Under the pieces are notes generated by a model. The model ran no database searches, was not told the origin of the DNA, and was given only the letters and a program-made list of their open reading frames with translations. Source: Candidatus Scalindua sp. (GTDB taxonomy: Bacteria > Planctomycetota > Brocadiia > Brocadiales > Scalinduaceae). Taken from it: a DNA stretch of 32,000 nt. The stretch lies in the NCBI GenBank assembly GCA_031316235.1, contig JALDRA010000001.1, forward strand, positions 930,001 to 962,000, written 5' to 3'. The position numbers and the translations under genes are program-made. Numbering within the stretch: position 1 is the stretch's first letter; each line of letters starts with the position of its first letter. Positions 16,891 through 24,210 of this stretch are shown here, one piece after another.

Positions 16891-16963
16891 GAGAAAAAAC
16901 TAATAATCATTTGAGAAATAAACATCAAACTACCAGCTAAACGTAAGAAAGGAGAAACGGGAA

Positions 16964-17674
16964 ATGAATCCAATTCGTGATATTTTTCTCAATCGTAAAA
17001 ACAAGACAATTGTTGGTGTGGCTGCATTACTGATACTGACCATCTTTACCTACACGATTGGTGAAGCCTCAGATAAGATAAAGGAGGGTGTAGGACAGAG
17101 GGACCGATCATCCATTACTACAGGCAGCGGAAAGCTCTATCAAACAACCGTAGAGCGGCACACTGAAGGCACTTTGTCTGCACAGGATTTACATCAGGCA
17201 TCTCTTCTCACTTCACGTATCGTAAAACACCTGAACGAGGCAACAAAAGGCCTCTTAGATGAAAACCCGGAAGCTGCAAAGCCGAATATCGTAAGTGCAC
17301 AGAAACTGGTGGAGGTGGTAAGAGAATTACTCCCCGTAACAACGGTAACGACCACTGTAAGAGACGCAAGAGGTAAAGAGGTATACCGAGACATCGATAC
17401 GGTACAAGACGACAAGATCCACCTGTACAGTAAAATGATTGCCATAGAAATTCTCCAACCGATCATTGATGCCAAGGAAGAAGATGTGGATGTTAAAGGT
17501 CTGAAGCTTGCAGACGCCGAAATTATTCATACATCGGTTCTTGCAGACCTCAGCTATATTGAACGAAAATTGAACCGTGCAGAGGCGTTATACTCATCTC
17601 ATAATGGTTTTAGTATAGTACTGATTATGAGCGAAACAGATCGTGGGAACAAATTCGAAACTGAGGTTGTTTGA
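16964..17674 (+). CDS. Exported or anchored helical protein, tentatively YfdX-like; carries a 9-codon repeat-derived insertion
   Basis: RBS is AAAGGAGAAA, with the N-terminal hydrophobic anchor IVGVAALLILTIFTYTIG. The pattern HLNEATKGLLDENPEAAKPNIVSAQKLVEV ... LADLSYIERKLNRAEAL resembles YfdX repeats from memory only. Codons YSSHNGFSI are encoded by the mini A element. Confidence 0.45.
   Translation: MNPIRDIFLNRKNKTIVGVAALLILTIFTYTIGEASDKIKEGVGQRDRSSITTGSGKLYQTTVERHTEGTLSAQDLHQASLLTSRIVKHLNEATKGLLDENPEAAKPNIVSAQKLVEVVRELLPVTTVTTTVRDARGKEVYRDIDTVQDDKIHLYSKMIAIEILQPIIDAKEEDVDVKGLKLADAEIIHTSVLADLSYIERKLNRAEALYSSHNGFSIVLIMSETDRGNKFETEVV
17589..17617 (+). repeat. Family-A mini element (29 bp: left end fused to right end) inside a coding region
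   Basis: TATACTCATCTCATAATGG+TTTTAGTATA consists of the two A termini with the interior missing. Confidence 0.75.
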
Positions 17675-17803
17675 AATTTGAAGGGAGAAACTTCTGTTAC
17701 AGATGAAAACACTTTGGATTAATTGGTGAGTATTGATAATTTTTTCAGTCGGGTAACTAAATTTGCATTACAGCAAATACGGATAGCTTTTCAGGAGAAT
17801 AGG

Positions 17804-19288
17804 ATGAAGACAAATATAAGTATGCGGTTTATCTTTTTGTTGTTCCTGTTTATTTTTACAGCAGGGCCGGTATATGCATTAGAAGAGAAGGGTGTCAAAA
17901 ACTTACGCCAGACCAGTAAGGCCTTTGCCGCTGTTGCGCGGGAGGTATCACCATCGGTGGTTTTCATACGGGTTGAGGCTAAAGTTCCCGGTTCGTCAAT
18001 TAACCGGTTTCAGTTACCTTTTGGCAATGAGTGGCCCTTTGAAGATGACCTCTTCAGACGTTTCTTTGGGGACAAATTCCCTGGAACACCTCGGGAGCCA
18101 CGCTCCGAGGAACCGCGTGGCGAAAATAGAACCATGGGACAGGGGTCCGGTTTCGTGTTTGCGGCAAAAGACGGATTTCTATCCGAGAAGACATACATAA
18201 TAACAAACAACCACGTTGTAGAGAATGCTGACGAGATCAAGGTACAATTTCAAGATGGCGCTGAATATAAAGCTAAAATCACGGGACGTGATCCCCAGTC
18301 AGACGTTGCGGTTATAGAAATCAAAACCGGAGATATAAAAGCTGCCAGATTGGGAGACTCTTCCGATCTGGAGGTTGGGGAGTGGGTTGTAGCAATTGGA
18401 AACCCATTCGGACTGAGCCACACTCTTACTGTAGGTGTGGTGAGCGCTACGGGGCGTACCAGTATCGGTATCAATGATTATGAAGATTTCATCCAGACCG
18501 ATGCTGCGATCAATCCGGGCAATTCCGGCGGACCATTGGTCAATCTGGATGGTGAGGTGGTGGGTATCAATACTGCCATCTTTAGCCGCAGTGGAGGCTA
18601 TATGGGAGTTGGCTTCGCTATCCCGATCAATCTAGCCAGGGAGATAGCCAACCAGTTAATCGATAAAGGCGAGGTAACGCGTGGTTATCTTGGCATAGTG
18701 ATTCAACCGCTTACTGCTGACCTTGCCAAATCATTTAATATTGAAATGGGTAAGGGTATACTTATCTCTCAGGTATCAGAGGACTCCCCTGCAGAGAAAG
18801 CGGGTTTACGCCAGGGAGATGTTATCATTGCTTATCGCGGAGAACCGGTAACGAATGTCGGCAATTTCCGCAACAGGATAGCGCTCACTCAACCAGACAG
18901 CCGGGAGGAGCTAACGATCCTGAGGGAGGGAAAGCAGAAGACACTTACCATAACAATTGGCAAGCTCACCAAAGACAAACTTATTGCACAGTCTCCGGCC
19001 CAAAGCACAGAGCAGCTTGGTTTGACGGTACAGACGCTTACACCACAGTTGGCGGAACAATTTGGAGCAAAAGAAGATGAAGGCGTCGTGGTGACGGAAG
19101 TCAAACCCGGATCCATCGCTGCAATGGCGGGTATCAGGTCTGGCACGGTGATCATGCAGGTAGACCGTAAACCAGTAAAAAGCGCTGCCGAGTTTAAGAG
19201 TGCAGTTGAGAAGAGCAGCAGTGACAAGAGTGTACTGTTGCTCATTCAGAGAGGAGAGATACAGCAATATATTGTGTTGAGTTGGTAA
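17804..19288 (+). CDS. htrA: HtrA/DegP-family periplasmic serine protease with two PDZ domains
   Basis: Start is at 17804 (RBS AGGAG) with signal peptide MKTNISMRFIFLLFLFIFTAGPVYA. The catalytic triad contexts are TNNHVV, SDVAVIE and GNSGGPLVN. Two PDZ segments are present (GILISQVSEDSPAEKAGLRQGDVI and GVVVTEVKPGSIAAMAGIRSGTVI). Confidence 0.93.
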   Translation: MKTNISMRFIFLLFLFIFTAGPVYALEEKGVKNLRQTSKAFAAVAREVSPSVVFIRVEAKVPGSSINRFQLPFGNEWPFEDDLFRRFFGDKFPGTPREPRSEEPRGENRTMGQGSGFVFAAKDGFLSEKTYIITNNHVVENADEIKVQFQDGAEYKAKITGRDPQSDVAVIEIKTGDIKAARLGDSSDLEVGEWVVAIGNPFGLSHTLTVGVVSATGRTSIGINDYEDFIQTDAAINPGNSGGPLVNLDGEVVGINTAIFSRSGGYMGVGFAIPINLAREIANQLIDKGEVTRGYLGIVIQPLTADLAKSFNIEMGKGILISQVSEDSPAEKAGLRQGDVIIAYRGEPVTNVGNFRNRIALTQPDSREELTILREGKQKTLTITIGKLTKDKLIAQSPAQSTEQLGLTVQTLTPQLAEQFGAKEDEGVVVTEVKPGSIAAMAGIRSGTVIMQVDRKPVKSAAEFKSAVEKSSSDKSVLLLIQRGEIQQYIVLSW

Positions 19289-19498
19289 GCCATGAAAATT
19301 AGGGAAGCGTCTATATTTTCAATCTAATTACTGAATGGAGGCGATGTATTCAAAGATTGTGAAAAGATTACGTCTTTTGAGATAAAGGAAGGAGACTACA
19401 TTAAGGCCAGGCATTCTCATATTGGAGACAGTGCAATCCTGCTGGATACCTGTCTGATTGTTAAAAAGTAGTGTACGTTTTAACTAAACGCTCACATA

Positions 19499-19534
19499 AT
19501 TCATTGGCCGCTTGAATCCCGGCGGCCAATGAAT
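19499..19534. terminator. 13-bp-stem hairpin between convergent genes (possible bidirectional terminator)
   Basis: ATTCATTGGCCGC (19499-19511) and GCGGCCAATGAAT (19522-19534) are exact complements, followed by TTTAATAA. The U-tract is modest. Confidence 0.45.
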
Positions 19535-19658
19535 TTAATAAGTTGTCTGCTGGATTTTTCAACCAATCTAAAACAGATATTCTTACACTAGTAATGAATA
19601 CCACATTTGTTGGCGCCACCCAAAGAGGTCAGGCATCGGCCCACATTCACTTTCCTCA

Positions 19659-19757
19659 TCAATACTCTAAGGGTTCTAACGCTTCAGAATGTGGTTTTTG
19701 AGAATGAAAAATAATTGTAGTGGTTTTAGGAAAATTCTCATCTAGAAAGAATCTCAT
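19659..19757 (-). pseudogene. Possible remnant of a DUF5615/PIN-like toxin gene (32 codons)
   Basis: Its ATG overlaps the DUF433 stop (ATGA). MRFFLDENFPKTTT resembles the M.FL.DENLP start typical of DUF5615 partners of DUF433. The frame then closes after 32 codons, and I could read no convincing continuation in other frames. Confidence 0.3.
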
Positions 19758-19984
19758 TGAGTGGAGGCCTCGTATGATAATTCTTCAAATTGAGCCAGTT
19801 TACTGCCAAAGGATAAAGCTGCGTAGATATCCTCACGTGTTATATTAGGGTAATCCTCAAGAACTTCCTCGATCGAGTTACCAGCACCTAAAGCACCAAG
19901 TAAATTACTTACAGGCACTCTCGTACCTTTAATTACCGGTTTTCCATGACAAATCTTCGGACTTATTTCAATTCTTGAATTCAT
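19754..19984 (-). CDS. DUF433-domain protein (antitoxin-like)
   Basis: I prefer the start at 19984 (MNSRIEISPKICHGKPVIKGTRVPVSNLL...VLEDYPNITREDIYAAL), because the track start at 20050 extends into repeat A. Confidence 0.75.
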   Translation of the reverse strand: MNSRIEISPKICHGKPVIKGTRVPVSNLLGALGAGNSIEEVLEDYPNITREDIYAALSFGSKLAQFEELSYEASTQ

Positions 19985-20041
19985 TTTCTGTCGACTCCAT
20001 ATTCTTTTTGAGACCGAAACCCTTCGATAATCTTTATTTAA

Positions 20042-20153
20042 TATACTCATCTCATACTGGATTTCGGATAAAATCCGAGATAAAATTGAGCGAGTATACC
20101 TTCACCAGGATTTGGTTTCCGGTAAAACCGAAAACCAAATCGGTTTTAGTATA
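20042..20153 (+). repeat. Family-A repeat, 112-bp subfamily
   Basis: It has the same ends and both hairpins as the 140-bp copies, but the central ~36 nt are replaced by TACCTTCA. By my count it differs at about 7 of 112 positions from the reverse complement of 26003-26114. Confidence 0.85.
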
Positions 20154-20285
20154 TTATAATCCATACACACTATGGCAACTTATTTTGTATAATTAAGAGA
20201 GGCAATGCGTGCAAGATTACCTTATCGCTACTCGGTACTCCCTATAGCTGAAATTGGGCGGACTAAATCAAAGGAAAGGAAAAAA

Positions 20286-21440
20286 ATGAGATACATAGCA
20301 ATGTTAATATTAATGGTTTTTGTTTCAAATATCTTTTTCACAGTTGACTCTTTTGCACAGCGGGGAAGGGGCTGGAGAGGAGGATGTGGAAATGGGAATC
20401 CGTGTTGTAGAACGTATAACCCGGAAACAGAAGCAACAATCAGTGGCGAGGTTGTTAGCGTAGACAAGATCGTTCGAGGAAAAGAAGGGCTTTACGGAAT
20501 CCATTTAACGGTGAAAGCCGACGAGGAAATCGTGACCGTTCACTTAGGACCGGGCTGGTACATTGAGCACCAGGATATGAAGATTGAGGCGAAGGATAAG
20601 GTTGAAATTACTGGTTCAAAGGTTTTTTATGAGGGCAAACCAGTCATTACTGCTTATGAAATAAAAAAGGGAGACGATATATTAGTACTAAGAGATGCGG
20701 ACGGTTTTCCTGCCTGGAGTGGTTGGAGACGGCTCTCTGATAATCAACCTCCCAAAAGACAGGGAATGGGATGGAAGGGTAGTGGTGAGTGGGGATGTCG
20801 GAATCCGGGTTGCAGGAGGCATAACCCCAAAATGCAGGAGAAGTTAAAAAAGGCCATGGTGGATTTAAAACAGGAGATAAAGATTGATGTTAAGGCCGAG
20901 AACGGAGGAACTATTACTGGAAATGTAGAAAGTGAAAGAGTCAGATACCCGGAAAACGTAGTTGTCTCTATTGAGAAAGTGGGGGACAATATTTATCCTG
21001 CTCCAGAGGAACACGGAATAATTGATCAATTCAACCTTACTTTTGTTCCACACGTATTGGCTGTACAAAAGGGAACGAAGATTGATTTTCTCAATAGTGA
21101 CAGTGTGCAACACAACGTCTTTTCTCAACCTGATTGCTGTCAGCCGTTTAATGTTGGAACGTATGACGTTGGAGATGTAAAGACTGTAGAGTTTAACGAA
21201 GCCGGTGAAATACCTCTTTTATGTAACGTCCATGCCGAGATGTCTGCATTTGTGGTTGTACTCGAAAATCCTTATTTTTCTGTTACCGGTAAGGACGGAG
21301 TCTTTACAATTGGAAATGTTCCACCCGGAACATACAAACTAAATGCCTGGCATGAATCGTTAAGGACAGTATCAAAAGAAGTAACAGTAGAAGCAGGAAA
21401 GACAACGACTGTCGATTTTCAATTAAAGAACAGAAAGTAA
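20286..21440 (+). CDS. Exported protein: duplicated Gly/Trp/Cys-rich motif, cupredoxin-like domain and carboxypeptidase-regulatory-like domain
   Basis: Start is at 20286 with signal peptide MRYIAMLILMVFVSNIFFTVDSFA. The type-1-copper-like ligand pattern is SVQHNVF ... LLCNVHAEM (H...C-x2-H-x2-M). The C-terminal FSVTGKDGVFTIGNVPPGTYKLNAWHE is typical of CarboxypepD_reg folds. Confidence 0.7.
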   Translation: MRYIAMLILMVFVSNIFFTVDSFAQRGRGWRGGCGNGNPCCRTYNPETEATISGEVVSVDKIVRGKEGLYGIHLTVKADEEIVTVHLGPGWYIEHQDMKIEAKDKVEITGSKVFYEGKPVITAYEIKKGDDILVLRDADGFPAWSGWRRLSDNQPPKRQGMGWKGSGEWGCRNPGCRRHNPKMQEKLKKAMVDLKQEIKIDVKAENGGTITGNVESERVRYPENVVVSIEKVGDNIYPAPEEHGIIDQFNLTFVPHVLAVQKGTKIDFLNSDSVQHNVFSQPDCCQPFNVGTYDVGDVKTVEFNEAGEIPLLCNVHAEMSAFVVVLENPYFSVTGKDGVFTIGNVPPGTYKLNAWHESLRTVSKEVTVEAGKTTTVDFQLKNRK

Positions 21441-21694
21441 GAAAGTCTCTATTTCTAGAGAAGAATACAACACGATACACCCTTATCGAACATTGAGTAA
21501 CAAAGACGTTATAATACGAAATCAAGAAACACTATAACACAATAAAACGCATTACCCTGTAAAAAAACAAGAGACCCTGGCTGCCTGATTTTAATCTGAA
21601 ACGATCCAGAGAATATAGACAGTCAGTAATAACATCCCCCAAATCCCCCGTTCAAAGCGGGACTTTGATTTTAATGGGGATAATAGCAAACAGT

Positions 21695-21992
21695 GGTTGA
21701 ATCAACTGCCCAGATATACTCATTACAAAATGATTTTTGGAATTTCTGGGCAGGAGTTCGTTTGAAATTTGGATTTTTCGATTGAACAAAACCAGAGGCT
21801 TAGTAATACTAAGTCGAGGATTTTGTGATTGAGAAAAATATAAATTTCATGTGAAATCGGGTTCTGAAAACCAAAAATCAATTTGTAATGGGTATAAAAG
21901 GCGCGTAAAAATTCTGGAACCGGAGCGTACTCAAGTACGTGAGGATTACAGAATTTTTACAGCAACGCCGTAGATGGGCAGTTGGTTCAACC
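21695..21992 (+). repeat. Family-B repeat split by a nested family-C element
   Basis: The left end GGTTGAATCAACTGCCCAG (21695-21713) and the remainder (21897-21992, ending GTAGATGGGCAGTTGGTTCAACC) together match the 6133-6264 copy. The outermost ends GGTTGAA.C and GGTTCAACC are inverted. Confidence 0.75.
21715..21896. repeat. Family-C palindromic element (182 bp) whose ends resemble the family-A left end
   Basis: TATACTCATTACAAAATGATTTTTGG (21715-21740) is an imperfect inverted repeat of CCAAAAATCAATTTGTAATGGGTATA (21871-21896). The whole element folds as a long imperfect hairpin centred on TTAGTAATACTAA. Confidence 0.75.
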
Positions 21993-23270
21993 ACCGGATA
22001 AGAGATCAATACCAAGATCCACCGCCGCATCGAGGATATGTAACAATTCACTCTCATTTTTTTCGGTGAGGTATTTCCGTATTACCCTGTTTGACAATGG
22101 TTGGTTCAGGATCTCAAGCAATTCAGTTCTCATTTGAGCATCATCACTCCCTCTCTCAGCAAGTCGAATAAAATCACTGATAAAGCTCTCCTGATTCATA
22201 AAGTCTGCACGCTCAACAACCGGCTTGACTGATAAGCGAATTGACTCGGGAAAGAGAAAGGGAGAGTGATGAAAGAAGCGCTCAACCAATATCTCCTTTA
22301 CCTCCTCTACCTTATCAGATATCGTTAATTCATGATAGAGTGGTGACGCGCCTGTCAGCGTCCATCGGGAGACCATCCCCCTTTCACCATTACTAAGATT
22401 TGAAAGCTGCTCCTCACTTCTGTCAGACAATAGGTCTACCAACTCCAACAAGGTTGAAGTCTTTTCCAAATTCAGCTCCTCATGCCCCCAGACAATATTC
22501 TGTACCGGCCTGAATTCATGAGATATCTTCCGGTTTACCTCTACAGAGATAAGATAACAGCCCCTTGGACCATCCTCATTAATATGCCTCCCCTGTATAT
22601 TCCCCGGATAGAGCATGAAGGGGTCCCTGCAGATGACCTCCGGTGTATGAATATGGCCAAGCAGCCACATGTCCACACCGGTGGACCTAAGATCATTTAT
22701 GGTACACGGCGCATACGGCTCATGCCCGGCCCGTGAGCCTACATTAGCATGGAGCATTGCGATTGATACCCCCCTGTCACTTGACAGGCCACCACCTGCC
22801 TCCCCTTGAAACTTTAAGGAGAGGTTTTCCCTGGTATCTCTCACCTTATAACTGATCCCATATACCGTAGCAATCACGCTGCCCGATTTTTCAACCGGCA
22901 CCGCTTCCACATGGTCTCCTGAAAACAGATGTACATTCCGGGGAAACCCTATCTCCATCACCCATTCGGACAGGGGGTCGTGGTTGCCCGCAACAATAAA
23001 GACGGGAATGCCTGCCTTATGCAGCCTTTCAAACTGATCCCGCAAGAGGATCTGAGCCCTTAAACTTCTATCAGCCCCATCAAAGGTATCGCCGCCAATC
23101 GTCAAAAAGTCAACGCTTTCACCCAGGCAGAGATCTATGATCTGCACGAACGCCTCATTGGTAGAGTCCTTAAACCTCTCAGCCAATGCAGGTTCCTTAA
23201 TAGCAAGTCCCTGAAAAGGGCTGTCAAGATGCAGATCGGCACAGTGAATGAATGTTGTGTTTTTAGACAA
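21987..23270 (-). CDS. YhaO/SbcD-Mre11-like metallophosphoesterase (DNA repair exonuclease family)
   Basis: 427 aa with a TTG start. Calcineurin-like phosphoesterase motifs are IHCADLHLD, GGDTFD, VAGNHDP and LLGHIH. The last Gly codon and the TGA stop lie inside the family-B terminal repeat. Confidence 0.85.
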   Translation of the reverse strand: MSKNTTFIHCADLHLDSPFQGLAIKEPALAERFKDSTNEAFVQIIDLCLGESVDFLTIGGDTFDGADRSLRAQILLRDQFERLHKAGIPVFIVAGNHDPLSEWVMEIGFPRNVHLFSGDHVEAVPVEKSGSVIATVYGISYKVRDTRENLSLKFQGEAGGGLSSDRGVSIAMLHANVGSRAGHEPYAPCTINDLRSTGVDMWLLGHIHTPEVICRDPFMLYPGNIQGRHINEDGPRGCYLISVEVNRKISHEFRPVQNIVWGHEELNLEKTSTLLELVDLLSDRSEEQLSNLSNGERGMVSRWTLTGASPLYHELTISDKVEEVKEILVERFFHHSPFLFPESIRLSVKPVVERADFMNQESFISDFIRLAERGSDDAQMRTELLEILNQPLSNRVIRKYLTEKNESELLHILDAAVDLGIDLLSGG

Positions 23271-23371
23271 GAGTTTGACTGAAGCCTCAAATAAAATAGT
23301 AGATATTTGGCGGTTCAGGAGTCAGATACAAAAAAAGGAAATAAACAAAAGATGAAACGAAAAATACTCTT

Positions 23372-23731
23372 TCACAATACCTGTATCATCTTTTTCTGCA
23401 TTTCAAGGCTAAAACCTGAGGCACTCATTTTCACCTTTTCAAATTCTTCCGGCGTATACACTATGATATCCAGAGAGACACCCAGGTCAAAGAGTTCCTG
23501 ATAGTCTAAGGGCCTTTCGATGAAGGCTTTCTCTGTTTCCGTAATAATTAAGATATCTATATCTGACCAGGGAGTTGTCTCATTCAAAGCCAATGATCCG
23601 AATAAAAAACAAGACGTAATATCTCTTTTTGCAAGTTTCTCCTGAAGAAATGAGATAATGTCGGACAGAGAAAAATCCTGGACACTAATAACGGGCCTGC
23701 TTTTTTCAAGTACTGATCCATCACCATTCAC
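23372..23731 (-). CDS. Minimal nucleotidyltransferase (MNT-type antitoxin-like)
   Basis: 119 aa with a GTG start overlapping the HEPN stop (GTGA). Motif is LFGSLALNETTPWSDIDILIITE. Confidence 0.85.
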   Translation of the reverse strand: MNGDGSVLEKSRPVISVQDFSLSDIISFLQEKLAKRDITSCFLFGSLALNETTPWSDIDILIITETEKAFIERPLDYQELFDLGVSLDIIVYTPEEFEKVKMSASGFSLEMQKKMIQVL

Positions 23732-24118
23732 AAAGTTATCCCCCCCAATCGCTTGACAACAATATCATAAATTTCAACGGCCGCGGATAAAGCCCTTTCA
23801 GCCTGTTCCTTCGTAATCAGTTCAAATGGTGCCCCCCTCCGGAAATGCGTCAGGATATCGTCCAGAGATATAAAATATATCCAATTCTTTGGCATTTTTT
23901 TCCAATTTCCCATCTTCTTTCAACGAACGCACGATCTGAAACAATGAATGAGTTTTCACTATATCAAACCCCTTATAGAAACAAAACGCCTTGAGTGCCT
24001 TTTCACCAGCTAGTTGGGAAATAAAGCATGTTTGCGCGAAAAATTCACCCTCTAACGAGTGTTTTACCCATTCTAAATCATTTGCTGCTTGTTTCAACCA
24101 GTCCTGATATCGACTCAT
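23728..24118 (-). pseudogene. HEPN-domain gene interrupted by a frameshift in a G6 run
   Basis: Track ORFs 23822..24118 (...ISGRYPDAFPEGGTI*) and 23728..23913 (...GAPFELITKEQAERALSAAVEIYDIVVKRL) are the two halves of one HEPN domain. Removing one G from the coding-strand G6 (plus-strand C6 at 23832-23837) joins them as ...PDAFPEGAPFELITKEQ... Confidence 0.75.
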
Positions 24119-24210
24119 TACCTTTATGTTTCAAAGATGAAGTGTTTGTATACTATACAGCTCCTAATTATTATATGACAGAACCCTATCAAAAAAAACC
24201 ATAAAATTGC

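Noticed and set aside
20173-20193. TGGCAACTTATTTTGT resembling a sigma-54 promoter upstream of the cupredoxin-like gene
   Set aside because: The TTG is one nucleotide too far from the GG, sigma-54 spacing is strict, and the -12 C is missing. The overlapping TATAAT (20188-20193) could be a sigma-70 -10 box, but I found no good -35.
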